Of a stretch of DNA of 50,977 bases, positions 11,123 through 22,617 are shown in pieces. The notes beneath the pieces are model-generated. The model made no database searches and was not told the DNA's origin. It saw only the letters and a list, made by a program, of their open reading frames with translations. Position numbers and translations under genes: made by a program. This DNA comes from Hydrurus foetidus (lineage: Eukaryota), in assembly GCA_900617105.1 (NCBI GenBank), contig UYFQ01000077.1, forward strand, positions 1-50,977, written 5' to 3'. Position 1 is the first letter of the stretch. Every line of letters starts with the position of its first letter.

Positions 11123-13335
11123 TTGAGGCTTGGATACAACAGAACGAAGGAGCAGAATTCGCCATATGTGATATAGAAGTGATTCAGCAATTTGCATCTT
11201 GGTTGTGCAACCATGCATCATATGGGAAATGTAATGATCCTCTTAAGCTTGGGTCAATAAGCGACATACTGAGCTCAGTTAAAAGTATTTTCAACAAAAT
11301 ATTTCCAAACAACAAGATATTTAGCGGTAAAAACGATCAGATGTGGTACACCAACTTGAGGGCAAAGTCAAGTCAAGAAATAATACGACGCGATATCAAG
11401 CGCGGTATCGCATCATCCAATAAGTCGAAACCTATCGGTAGAATGCAGATGAAGAACATTAATGAGACACTGCTCTCTATTAATACATATGCATCTATCA
11501 AGAAAGCGGTGTATGTTGGTACAACCTTTAATTCAGCTGGAAGATCAGGAGAGTCAGCGTACATATGCATTGACTCCGGCGCTTTCTGGGACTATGACGA
11601 CGAGATCTTTTATTTTAGTCAAAAAGAGATGAAAGTTGGTGAGGAAAAAAAAAACAATTTTGTCTCAGATTCAGAATTTTACTCTCTAGATCAATATTGG
11701 CTTTTGTTTGCCTACTATATTACTGGAGGTGGCTCTGGTCATATCGGACCAAATAACAGTCACGCAAATTTCATATTTCCAGAGCTTTATGGCAAGGAAA
11801 GTAGGTCCAAAGGAGGTGCATCCACTTACATTACTTCAATTCTAAAAGATTTAATGCCAACAAAAAGTAACGAGGCGAGGATCACAGCTCCAATGCTGTG
11901 GGATAGTGATGTTACGGGGACAAGTCTCAGAAGAGGAGCAGCGAGAATTATGGTAAGAAAAGTGAAGATACAGGAGGTAGTCGCCAAGACAGGCCATGAT
12001 ATGAAAGGTACCCGCGAATCCACGGTCTGGGAATACATGGATGGTGACGATCTTTTACTGAGATATGGGAGCACTGCACTGGCTGGATGGGCCAATCCCT
12101 ACAATCGCGTTTATCCCCCGACGTTGAGAAGAGTCATATTAGACGAAGAGACAAAGTCAAAATTTGAAAGTCTCTCATCAATACTCTTCGATCACAGCTT
12201 CGCGTTGACGAAGCTTCGCAATATATACGGACTAGTAAGAACAATGCTCGCAACATTTCTTATGTACCTTCCGGATTTCATTCAAGATTGTATCAGTACT
12301 TACGACACTGTGAGCGGGCGACAAAGTTACGTGCTGTCCACTTTCTTGGATAAAACCAAGGACTTCTACACTATCGAGGAAGTTTTGACATTTGGCCGTG
12401 CTATCAGGGAAGAGTGGGAGGAGCGTAATAGTATTGGGACGAGTTCCGAAACAGAAGGGTTGCATGTTTCAGTAGAGAGATTGCAGACGGAATGCATGAA
12501 AATAAGAACTGAGAATAGAGACTTAAGTGCTCAAGTTATGCAGTTAAAAGAAGAATCAAGACGAACTAATGCTATTCTACACAATATGGAGGTAAAAATG
12601 GGCACCTTGATTGGTCTCATCTCAAAGCTGGAAATTAGTCCATCTAAGAAGCGTACTTACAGTGAGGAAGCACCGACAATTGACACAATCTTAAATGAGA
12701 AAGAGATGAATGTGAATATCGATACAAAGGAAGCTGCTGTAGTAACACAGCAGTCCTACATTGTTCACAGATTTGGAATGGACAACAACAAAGTTGTCGC
12801 CCAGGTGACCCTTGCAGACCTGCTATTACTATCTTACTCGAAGGGGTTCATTTACCACGCCACTGAAAGAGGAAAAGGAACACATCAGAACTTCGAGTGT
12901 TACACTGGAGTACCCCCCGTCATTCTCAGATCAGACGAGGCCAGAGTGAGGAACGCTTTATCGCTTCTGAGTAAGTACACCACAGATGTCAGCAAGTCAG
13001 TGCTTGTAAAAAAAATGCCGCTTATTGATGTAGCCACATGGAATCAAGAAAGAAATAGAATAGCCCTAGCCATTCAAGAAGATGTCATCGATGCATTGTG
13101 TGAGGAAGAGAAAATGATGGCTACAAAGATGATTGCAAAAGCGCCGAAACGATCCGCGAGTACCATCAGTACAGTCATGGGGAGATATGATAAATTGGCG
13201 ATAGACACAAAGATGGTGACAAATAAGAAGTTAAAATCTCAAATGTCTAACTTTTTATCAAATAAACAAATAAAGACAACACTGACTTCATCGCCATCAT
13301 CATCATCATCATCATCTAAATCAACTTTCAAGTAA
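11101..13335 (+). CDS. Crypton-like tyrosine recombinase ORF (744 aa), probably 5'-truncated
   Basis: YR-type motifs in order: AGRSGE (Arg), EMK (Lys), GTSLRRGA (box II), TGH..WEY (Tyr). Followed by a coiled coil and a C-terminal domain. No RT linked. The first codons are antisense Copia sequence. Confidence 0.7.
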   Translation: MSLPQYDLEAWIQQNEGAEFAICDIEVIQQFASWLCNHASYGKCNDPLKLGSISDILSSVKSIFNKIFPNNKIFSGKNDQMWYTNLRAKSSQEIIRRDIKRGIASSNKSKPIGRMQMKNINETLLSINTYASIKKAVYVGTTFNSAGRSGESAYICIDSGAFWDYDDEIFYFSQKEMKVGEEKKNNFVSDSEFYSLDQYWLLFAYYITGGGSGHIGPNNSHANFIFPELYGKESRSKGGASTYITSILKDLMPTKSNEARITAPMLWDSDVTGTSLRRGAARIMVRKVKIQEVVAKTGHDMKGTRESTVWEYMDGDDLLLRYGSTALAGWANPYNRVYPPTLRRVILDEETKSKFESLSSILFDHSFALTKLRNIYGLVRTMLATFLMYLPDFIQDCISTYDTVSGRQSYVLSTFLDKTKDFYTIEEVLTFGRAIREEWEERNSIGTSSETEGLHVSVERLQTECMKIRTENRDLSAQVMQLKEESRRTNAILHNMEVKMGTLIGLISKLEISPSKKRTYSEEAPTIDTILNEKEMNVNIDTKEAAVVTQQSYIVHRFGMDNNKVVAQVTLADLLLLSYSKGFIYHATERGKGTHQNFECYTGVPPVILRSDEARVRNALSLLSKYTTDVSKSVLVKKMPLIDVATWNQERNRIALAIQEDVIDALCEEEKMMATKMIAKAPKRSASTISTVMGRYDKLAIDTKMVTNKKLKSQMSNFLSNKQIKTTLTSSPSSSSSSSKSTFK

Positions 13336-13361
13336 TTGCAGTCACTCTCCTTTGCGTGTAT

Positions 13362-13672
13362 CTGCATCTCTATAATATGTCATAATACATACATATCGTA
13401 ATTTTTCATGCACTTTCCAAGTGAAAAATATTCTACACAACATTTTCATGTCATGTCATTAATTCGATATAATTCAGCAATACTGTCGTTCACCTCTGCG
13501 TCTCTATAATATGTCATAATACATACATATCGTAATTTTTCATGCACTTTCCAAGTGAAAAATATTCTACACAACATTTTCATGTCATGTCATGTCATGT
13601 CATGTCATGTCATGTCATGTCATGTCATATACAGTAATTAATTCAACATAATTCAGCAACACTGAAGTTCAC
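13362..13672. repeat. ~134-bp tandem duplication with an expanded (CATGT)n microsatellite in the second copy
   Basis: tctctataatatgtcataatac...cattttcatgtcatgtcat occurs at ~13366 and ~13500. (CATGT)n run at ~13581-13628. Confidence 0.9.
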
Positions 13673-13846
13673 ATCGATTTACATAGCAAAAAACTCGAAA
13701 TGCGGTACTTGATGGGTACTCACAAGAAAAAGACGGATTTCATGTTTTCTTTGATGGCATCTACTCATTACAAAAATTGAAACTTCCGTACACTGCGTGT
13801 ACGGACCGTACACTTCGTGTACGGACGTTACAATTTTTCTGGTTAA

Positions 13847-14821
13847 GACCGTTCCTTACGGTATGAGTTCTGAGATCTGATTTTACGTTTTTTTTTCTCA
13901 GATCCCAGTTCTCAGTTGCCGATCCTTACGGTCCGATGATCCAGCTTCTGGGATGTTACATAACCGTGTAAGTTGCCTACTCATCTATTGTGAGTTTCCT
14001 TGGCAGTTTTTCGACTGTATTAGCATCTGGTATCAAGCGTTAAAGAAAAAAAGGCGGCATTTTCCCCGTAAACTTAAATTGTTATGGTTAGCAAAGAGAC
14101 GATCAAGCAGACGCCGCGAAAAGTCGCCGCGATTAAAGTGCATGAGTGGAATGTGCAGCAGATCAAATTTGCAGAGGGCAAAAAGCATGTAATGTGAATT
14201 CCGCAGCCAGGGATCTAGTCTCATTCTCAGCTCGGCGCGTATCGTTTATTGCCCACCAGCCAGGATAGCCCGCTGAATGCCGCGGTGCGACACCGCCATC
14301 TACGCCGCCATTTAAACCGTCGTCAAATCGACGACGCCGATCAGTCGAGTTCCTAATTAGATTTTACAACATTAAACGTCAGGAAATCTTTTGTTGATGT
14401 CTCGGAGTTCGTCGTCAGATGTTTTGAAGCTGTTCTGGATCGTGGTATCTTGAAATCCCCGCACAGAGAGCAGAGTTCTGTCAGTTTCCTACCTAAAATG
14501 ATGAGCCATCATTGCCGCGCAAAATTCCGGGGACGCATTGGAATCCTGGTGGCGGCAAGTGATTTCCTGGCGCTCCAGGAGCTATCGTTAGCCACCATTG
14601 TATGTATCTATGATGTAGTAACGACTACTAACTTTCTCAGAAGTCTGCTTTCTCAGAAGTCGAGTTCTGAGAAAATTGGCCCTTTTTCTCAGAACTCGAC
14701 TTCTGAGAAAGCAAACTTCTGAGAATCTTGGGTATTTTTCTCAGAACTCAGACCGTAAGCGTCGATTTTGGGGTCTGAGAACTTAGAACAGATCTCAGAA
14801 CTCATACCGTAAGGAACGGTC
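13847..14821. mobile_element. Non-autonomous PIF/Harbinger-type TIR element (MITE-like, 975 bp)
   Basis: Perfect 33-bp TIR GACCGTTCCTTACGGTATGAGTTCTGAGATCTG. TAA target duplication at 13844-13846 and 14822-14824. No transposase ORF. Confidence 0.9.
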
Positions 14822-15224
14822 TAAGTAACAACACCGTGTGATCCGGTGTATCCGGGATTGTAATTCTAACACCCTCTTGCTCGAGAGGGAGGAAAAGGGA
14901 TGATAATTATCGAGAATCAAATATTACTGAATTCGAATCAAATAATAATTATTCCGTTCAAAATAAATTCCGTTTATTTCTGGGGCAAATAGTAGTCAGT
15001 CGCACCAAAATTCCGTTGCATTCCGACTCAAATATTGGTGAAATCAACCAATTTTCGGATTGAAATTCAAGATTATTTCAAGCCACTTTTTTAACGGACA
15101 CTTCGTTTCGAAAGTATTGATCATTGATCACAGTCACCCAACTCTCAACTCAACTCCACTTCGCTCTTTCATAATATCATCGATCACACAATTCTGTGTC
15201 ACTCTTGACATAATTCAACGAATT

Positions 15225-15754
15225 ATGGTAGACTTCAACTGGGATGAGCAGAATGTCTCCTGCTGCTGCGAGACAACTGTTAAAGTTGGCTCAAAGGAAG
15301 TCGCGCTGTGAGGAATTCTCACAGCGATATTGCGACGCCGTGGAATGCTATCCAGTCTGAAGACGAGATGAGACTGTCGAGGCTTGGATACAAACAGGTT
15401 TCGCTAGTGAAGAATTGATCCTCATATCATTGAGCTGAACTCAATTCCCCTCTCAATATATCCTGTCTCACCATATCCTGCCACCGCTTATTTTCGATGC
15501 TACTTTTACAAGAGGCGAAAAGGATCTTCGGTCAAATTTTGGATTGGCTGCGAGTATGATCAGCGTACTTCTCGGCGTAACTTCGCTTTACACCCGCTCG
15601 CTCTGGCGGTAAGCTTCAATTAATTCCGCTATTCATTTTCCAAGTAGCGTGCCATTAAATGCGCTTCCGAATTTCTCCTAGGTCCAGCAGTCATGCTGTG
15701 GTCGTGGGTTGTGATAGGCTTCATCACTGTAATCTTGGTATCAAGTCTCGCTGA
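15225..15754 (+). pseudogene. 5' fragment of an amino-acid permease (APC superfamily, BAT1/GABA-permease-like), with introns
   Basis: EDEMRLSRLGYKQ | EAKRIFG..NFGLAASMISVLLGV..SG | GPAVMLWSWVVIGFITVILVSSLA. Introns at 15398-~15511 (acceptor degenerate) and 15609-15681. Frameshifted and truncated. Confidence 0.8.
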
Positions 15755-15890
15755 TGCCACCCCCTTCGAGTCATCATCATATGTGATTCTCATCGGATCG
15801 TTGACTGGAGCATCAACTTTCACAGGTGTCAATAATGAAAAATCTATTTCTATTAAACACAACGTATCCGCATCAAACCAAATCATTGCT

Positions 15891-16750
15891 CGTGTATAGG
15901 GATAACGCTGCTCAATTTTGTTTCACATGTCCACACTCACTGCATGCAACACACTGTATAATTCATTTCAATTCACATCACATCACATCACATCACATCA
16001 CATCACATCACATCACATCACATCACTGCTTGTGTATAGGGATAACGCTGCTCAATTTTGTTTCACATGTCCACACTCACTGCATGCAACACACTGTATA
16101 ATTCATTTCAATTCACATCACATCACATCACATCACATCACATCACATCACATCACATCACATCACTGCTTGTGTATAGGGATAACGCTGCTCAATTTTG
16201 TTTCACATGTCCACACTCACTGCATGCAACACACTGTAAAATTTTATTAAATAGGAATCTTTTCATTCTTTCTATTTTTGATTATCAACATCATCATCAT
16301 TACTACATAGATAGCATTATACATTGCTTGACATATGCTTTCATTCACTTTATCAAACAGGTTGTACAACACGGAGAGGAGAGCATCGGTCAAGTTGTCA
16401 TCAGTAGCATGCTGCATGTAGTAACTACTACCCTGGAGATGTAAGTGAATACTTTGTTTACTAGTTACTCCTACTATCTCTCACATCACATCACATCACA
16501 TCCACATCACATCACATCACATCACATCACATCACATCACATCACATCACTGCTTGTGTATAGGGATAACGCTGCTCAATTTTGTTTCACATGTCCACAC
16601 TCACTGCATGCAACACACTGTATAATTCATTTCAATTCACATCACATCACATCACATCACATCACATCACTGCTTGTGTATAGGGATAACGCTGCTCAAT
16701 TTTGTTTCACATGTCCACACTCACTACATGCAACACACTGTATAATTCAT
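15891..16750. repeat. Five copies of an ~80-bp unit interleaved with (CACAT)n tracts
   Basis: gtgtatagggataacgctgctcaattttg...caacacactgta starts near 15892, 16032, 16172, 16556 and 16676. Confidence 0.95.
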
Positions 16751-19678
16751 TGTTTTCTAATGAAAAATACTGGATAATCATTTGTGTCACAGTTTTTGTC
16801 GTATCAACATCAACACCGAAAAATAAACAACGTAACGCACATTCAGATGTTCTTTCTTTCGAGATGTCAATGCACAATGTATTTGTACATTTTTTAATGC
16901 AATTGTACTGAAATGTAAAACAATCTTTCTCATTTTCGTCAACAGATAAGACGCATTGCAGAAGCAGATGGCTGGTTATGTCCGATACGCCTTGAAACAC
17001 ACCTCGGCGGAAATCAACGATTGGAGTAGAAATAAAGTAAGTATCCCTAATTCGATCATTGGCCTCTTTGAATGTCAATGTATTGCCTATCATTTCTCTG
17101 TACATTTTTGCCATAAGAGGTAGGGTAGAATCGAAAGTTTTTCTAATTTCGTCTCGACCTAAGAAATATATTATCCATAACGTTGTGAATAATGCATCGT
17201 ACGAACATGACATATTATGCCATACAAAACCTTTTAATATCAACCTCTTTTCCGAATCGATGGTGATTGCATCACCGTTTCCTAATGAAATGTATGGTAA
17301 ATTTTTCAGAGTTAATTTAGGAATACAAGTAAATGATAACTGTAAAGCATTACCTTGTGTAGTTGTGGTATCTGAAAGCTCAATTTTTGATTTTTTTTTT
17401 TCTTTAATCTGTGGATTTAGAGCTCCTTTCACTGCTTTGACTGGTCGTCCAGGACCTCTCTTTAACCCCAACGGCATATGCATGATAATTGATTGTGATA
17501 ATTCATTTTTCGCAATAGAAATTGCCATCGCATGTTCACATTCGTATTCATCCATATAAGTTTGACATGTGCATCTATATCCGCTATGACTATTTGCTTT
17601 CCTGTCATCTGAAACTGGACTAATAATTCTTACATTTTTCTGATACCTCTCCCTCTCATCCCAACTCTTAAATCTGTTGTAATTGCTACAATTAATAATT
17701 CCAACTGCGCTGTCATCGCTCAATATCTCATTATCTCTCATTATTACATATTGTCGCCTTACTGTTGACGGACGTATTTTTGTTAGATTGTGTGTCTCTA
17801 CCAACGACTTCGCTAGCCTCATTATATCTTTAGCTTTTTTAGCTGACATTGAGTATTCTTTATAATTAACATCCCCCCGTGTTCTTGATATTGACTCATT
17901 TTGTAGATACACACAAGTGTAATCTAAACATTCGGTTCCGCTGACTAAATCACCTAAGAGTAACAATTTATTACAACAATATTGTTTAGGACATAATAAT
18001 GAAATGAGTTGTCTTATTCATCAAGCCTAACCTTTGAAATTTTTCTTGAATACTCTATTTGTAACTTCAAGCCCATTATTCGATGTTACCGTCCCAGGTA
18101 CAAGTCCAGAATGCCATCCTCTGTTCCTGTCCAGCAGCCAAAACTTCTCAAGGTAATCTCTCGCTAACTTAATGTGTTCGTCCTGATGATCACGGTACTT
18201 GTCTAAAAATAGATTTACTGACACATCAAAATGCTCCTGACAATGAGACTTTGATAAAGATCTTAAATCATTTAAGAACAACTTTTTTGAATTCTCGTCC
18301 GTGTAATGGCGATTTTTCATACATTGCATCATATGAAAGTAACACCTTCCATTTATAATGTTAGGATATGCCATTGATAGGCCGTTGAAGATAGCAGGAG
18401 CTGCATCGCTCATTAATTTCGATGGTAAGAAGTTGGGAATGTATTTAACCAAAGAGTCACCTGAATAATATAAGAATATTAAAATTAGAAAAAATATAGA
18501 TAACTATAATAAAATATATATTACCTATAAACTGGAACATCATTGCGTCCTCATTCGTGCTCATTGAAATAGCCAATGGATGAAATACTCTCGCCATATC
18601 TGAGACACCTGAAATGATATGATATGTTAAGATTAGTTGTACACAAAATGTACAACTTATATAAAGTGCATTTATATTAGCTCAACAGTTTTACTGAATT
18701 TACCAACGATGATGGTCGGATAGCCATGTGAGTTTGTTTTGTGCGTTCCATCAGCTTGTAGACAGTTGCGAACGTCTGCTGTAGGTGATGAAGAATCAAT
18801 ACCATGATAGAGCAGCCTATAGCTAGATATGACAGCAATGAAACGAGGTTTCAGAGCTACCGATGTATCCTAGTGAATAAGAAAAAGGTTCAGAATTTGA
18901 GGAATTGTTGTATAATGTAGTCATATCATAAAGTTAGATCTTTTATTCTCACCAACATGTAATTAAGCACAAAAGGAGTGTTAAAAGTCCCTTCATCTTC
19001 TGCATTGACCGTCGATGGACCATGTCCAATGCACCACTCCTCTAAGTCGTTAGGAGTAGGATTGTACTTCGACGACTTCCTTTTCTTGAATGCTTGAATG
19101 TAGTTATTGAGTTTTGAGATCTCCGGATCCGGTGGGAAAGACGCCTTCATTGATTCATCGGATAGGGACCTCTTGGAGCGAAAAAAAGCAAGAATATCTC
19201 GGGAAGATTTCCGATCCTCAGCAAAGGCTTGCTCAATGATCAGCTTTTGTTCACCCGATAGACCACGCTGATCACTCAATATCTCAGAGGTGGGATGAGT
19301 ATGATCGCCGGTAGAGTAAGACACAAACGATCCAGAATCTCCCAGTCTCTGGTACTTCTTTTTGTAATAGCAACCCTTGATGCGACACACAAAAGTGTGA
19401 ACATCAGTTGACGATGAACCTATCTTAGAGTAGTTTGACTCAGCAGCATCTTTTTGGACTTCATCCAAACTACTGTAACTAATGAAATCGTTTCCCAATT
19501 CGTCCAAACAGTCACTCCAAATTGCTCCTGTCCCACGAAACCGTCGGTTGGATTGAGATGGATCTCCTACATCATCCCCATTTTCCTCTATGGCTGATTG
19601 AGGAGATGATGGTTCAGAAATGTCTTCATCGTCGAATCCAGTTTCTTCACCCAATGCAATCTCTGCAAGAAACATCAT
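16707..19678 (-). CDS. MULE DDE transposase with SWIM finger, AT-hook and C-terminal cysteine-protease-like region; about 5 exons; 3' end disrupted
   Basis: Spliced reading gives LQADGTHKTNSHGYPTIIVG, LMSDAAPAI, CYFH and TSNNGLE (D-D-E with CxxH). SWIM CTC..CEH, KRGPGRP, then WHNMSCSYDALF. GT-AG introns at 18952-18870 and near 18703-18609, 18524-18461 and 18031-17955. Confidence 0.88.
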
Positions 19679-20196
19679 CAAAACTGCCTTCCACAGGGAA
19701 CGACGGCTGTCTTAGATGCATACTGGTGGTCGACTACTACACATGCACGTAGAGAATGTAAAATTGATGGATATCGCCAGATTTTCATGGGAAATGAAAA
19801 ACATTTGATGCGTATACCTCAATTCAGGTGATGATTCTAATGGAAATTATTTTGAAGAAGTCTCCCAAAAATTGAGCGAGCATGCCGAGAATTTAATCGC
19901 GGAAAGTACGGATTTTTTTTTGAACGGATTTACCGGAATTTGATCGTAATAATTAAATTCTGATTTTGGATAAATATATTCCAATCAGAAGGCAACGGTA
20001 TGGGCGATGTTAGGTGGTAGGTGGTAGGAGTTCAAGATTGGAATCGTGGCCGCGCGATGAAGGTGATCTCAAGAAGCTGTGATTTACATACCATACGGAC
20101 AATGGTTAGCGATCTCCCACCGCCAAAGGAATTGAATAGATCATGACTCTCGTCTTCGAAAGATACGGCTTTGCAGCTACAAAAACTAGACGGCGC

Positions 20197-21828
20197 ATGG
20201 CGTGCTTGATAACGTCGCTGCTTTTTTTCTGTGATTTTCTTGATGTTGGTGCATATATGAGATATCCGCGACATATCTCCCACAGGTTGAGTATTAAACA
20301 GATCTTTATTGAGGCAACTGCAAATCTCGTCGAACTGAGGAAAGAGAAGCGATCTACTGAAAATGTCGCGAAAATTACTGTAAGGAAGACAAAAGCGCGG
20401 CTACCGATAAACCAGACTAAACAGTTAGCGAAAAACTTACTTTCGAAGGACAATGTGCTATCGACAGAAGCTGCGTCATCAGCGATTTTCAAGTTCAAGA
20501 AGTCGACAGTAATCAAAGGACTGAAATCTAAAACTAAGTCATCATCGGATGGAAAAGAACCAGTTCAGACTGGGAAGGAAACAGAGAACACAATCCCTGC
20601 ATCTGAACGGAAAGACGTGGCACAAGTTGAAACGACCAACTTAGAGCAAACTCTTCAGAAGGAGGTAGTTAGCACTGCGGTGTTGCAGGGTGATGAACCA
20701 CATAATCCTAGGAGGCCATTTGGTTTCCCGCTTGTGAAGGCATCTCTACTCCACTATCAGTTACTCTACGGCAACATGCTAGTTCCAACGAGTTTTACAG
20801 TGCCTGCTGATAAATGGGGCTGGCCCAAAGAATGCTGGAATATCAGATTAGGAATTGTCGTTCAAACAATTCGACGAGGGAGTTACGCTGATAGAAAGCA
20901 GGAACTTATTGAGATGGGATTCTGCTACGATGTGTACAAGGAAAGATACAAAGTCGTGTTGGCAGCTTTGCTCGCTTATAAGAAGTTGCATGGCAATTTG
21001 CTTGTTCCCCAGCACTATGTAGTGCCGAGTAAAAGTGAAGCTTATCACAAGGACGCTTTGGGTCTCAAATTAGGTAGTGTAGTACACAGCATACGTCAGA
21101 AAGAAGTCCACTCTCATCACAAGGAAGAACTAATATCAATAGGATTCGACTATTCGTCTCAATCAAAAGTCGGATGGAATACATTCAAAACTGCTATGGC
21201 GGCATTTACTAAAATATACAATCACACTATTGTCAGCGAACCGTTTGTGATCCCCAGCAACTCAACGAAATGGCCTAAAGAAACATGGGGGTTGAAGTTG
21301 GGAGCAACTGTGGACAGTGTGAAAAGGAATTATGAGTTTAAGGATAAGAGAGAAGAACTGATAAAAATGGATTTCTGCTTCGACAAATATCGTGCAAGGT
21401 ATCACGTGATCAGAGAAACTCTGCTTCATTACAAGAAAGTACACGGGGACATGTTAGTGCCAATCCGGTATATTGTACCGAGCACTCCGGAATGGCCGTT
21501 ATACATGTGGGGTGTAAATCTTGGTGGACCGGTTCATGGTATAAGAAGAGGAACATCATTTCGAAACAAAAAGGAAGACCTGCTTAGTATTGGTTTTGTG
21601 TACGTTGTCCGAAAAAAATTTCCATATGAAGATGTAAGGATAGCCGTATACAAGTACCGGGAACTTCATCACGGCAGTGTCGACATACCCGCTGTTTACA
21701 ACATTCCACATGATGACCCATGGTACCCTGAAGAGACGTGGGGTATGCGACTGGGCAGCTACGCACTACGAATCAAGAAGGGTTCCATCTGGTCCGATAA
21801 ATCATCCGAATTATTTGGCAAACCATAA
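20197..21828 (+). CDS. Helicase-associated (HA)-like repeat protein, 5 repeats, probable signal/transit peptide
   Basis: Five ~73-aa repeats L..YK..HG..LVP....WP...WG..LG..V..IR.....L..IGF. Hydrophobic N-terminus MACLITSLLFFCDFLDVGAY. Intronless. An upstream in-frame start at 20143 is possible. Confidence 0.82.
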   Translation: MACLITSLLFFCDFLDVGAYMRYPRHISHRLSIKQIFIEATANLVELRKEKRSTENVAKITVRKTKARLPINQTKQLAKNLLSKDNVLSTEAASSAIFKFKKSTVIKGLKSKTKSSSDGKEPVQTGKETENTIPASERKDVAQVETTNLEQTLQKEVVSTAVLQGDEPHNPRRPFGFPLVKASLLHYQLLYGNMLVPTSFTVPADKWGWPKECWNIRLGIVVQTIRRGSYADRKQELIEMGFCYDVYKERYKVVLAALLAYKKLHGNLLVPQHYVVPSKSEAYHKDALGLKLGSVVHSIRQKEVHSHHKEELISIGFDYSSQSKVGWNTFKTAMAAFTKIYNHTIVSEPFVIPSNSTKWPKETWGLKLGATVDSVKRNYEFKDKREELIKMDFCFDKYRARYHVIRETLLHYKKVHGDMLVPIRYIVPSTPEWPLYMWGVNLGGPVHGIRRGTSFRNKKEDLLSIGFVYVVRKKFPYEDVRIAVYKYRELHHGSVDIPAVYNIPHDDPWYPEETWGMRLGSYALRIKKGSIWSDKSSELFGKP

Positions 21829-22617
21829 AACAATCTAATCAATCTTTAATTTTAATTTACACTATTATGTAATAATTTTAATGCGGGATTTTGTGCGCAG
21901 CAGAAATCTGCTGGTGTTTCAATCAAAGCCAGAAACTATGTGTGGTGCTAGTAATGTTGAGAGTACGTGTGCTGATCCATTCCCGTATACTGAACATACT
22001 GGTACTTCTCTGTGTGCTGTATATTCATGAAGAATAAAGGAACTGGTACCATAAAAATAGCAAAGATGTCTCTGACCCCCAACAGTGCGTAGTAAAGTAC
22101 ACCATCAGTTCGAGATGTTATTTCAGGTTCCATGTTCATAGTAGTGCGTACAGCCGTACTGTACGTGCTCCCCCCTACCGGAAGAACGTACATTCAAACC
22201 TTCCCTTGGACAGATCCTGCCTGATTTTCCTTGACTGATCATTACTGACTGATGGTACTAGCCACACTTCAAGCTGAGCTTTGTACGTCGTTGACTTCCA
22301 TATAATACTGGTAGATTAGGTTCAAATTATAACGAGTCACGTCAAAGTAGAATTGAGTTCTTTCACTCACTGACGGATTGATAAACTAACTGACTCATTA
22401 TCCCAATTCAAAGTCGGACGTTAAGTCCATAGGCCGAGAAGAAAGAAAAATTCTTTCCGAAAAAAGCCAAAAAAATGAAAAATGAGTAAAAGTTATTTTA
22501 GAATTTGCCATCGTAATTGAGCCATTGCTGAACAATATTTGGTCTGAAAAATCAAAAAACATTCGAATAATGTAATACATGAGGGCAAGTTGTTGTAATT
22601 GTGCTGTGCCAGAAATA

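Larger units (their letters stand above)
14897..19982 (-). mobile_element. Mutator-like element (MULE) with degenerate ~80-bp TIRs
   Basis: Imperfect inverted repeats at 14897-~14980 and ~19900-19982 share ttatc..aatca and tccgttcaaaa..tccgt, and enclose a MULE transposase. No TSD recognised. Confidence 0.7.

Noticed and set aside
14885..14896. 9-bp target-site duplication for the MULE
   Set aside because: Flanks at the two TIR ends do not match, so the boundaries remain approximate.
15891..16750. Repeat-spacer pattern resembling a CRISPR array
   Set aside because: Units are ~80 bp, spacers are microsatellite rather than unique, there are no cas genes, and the context is eukaryotic.
15826..16777. 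His-rich ORFs (HHITS repeats)
   Set aside because: Translations of the (CACAT)n microsatellite.
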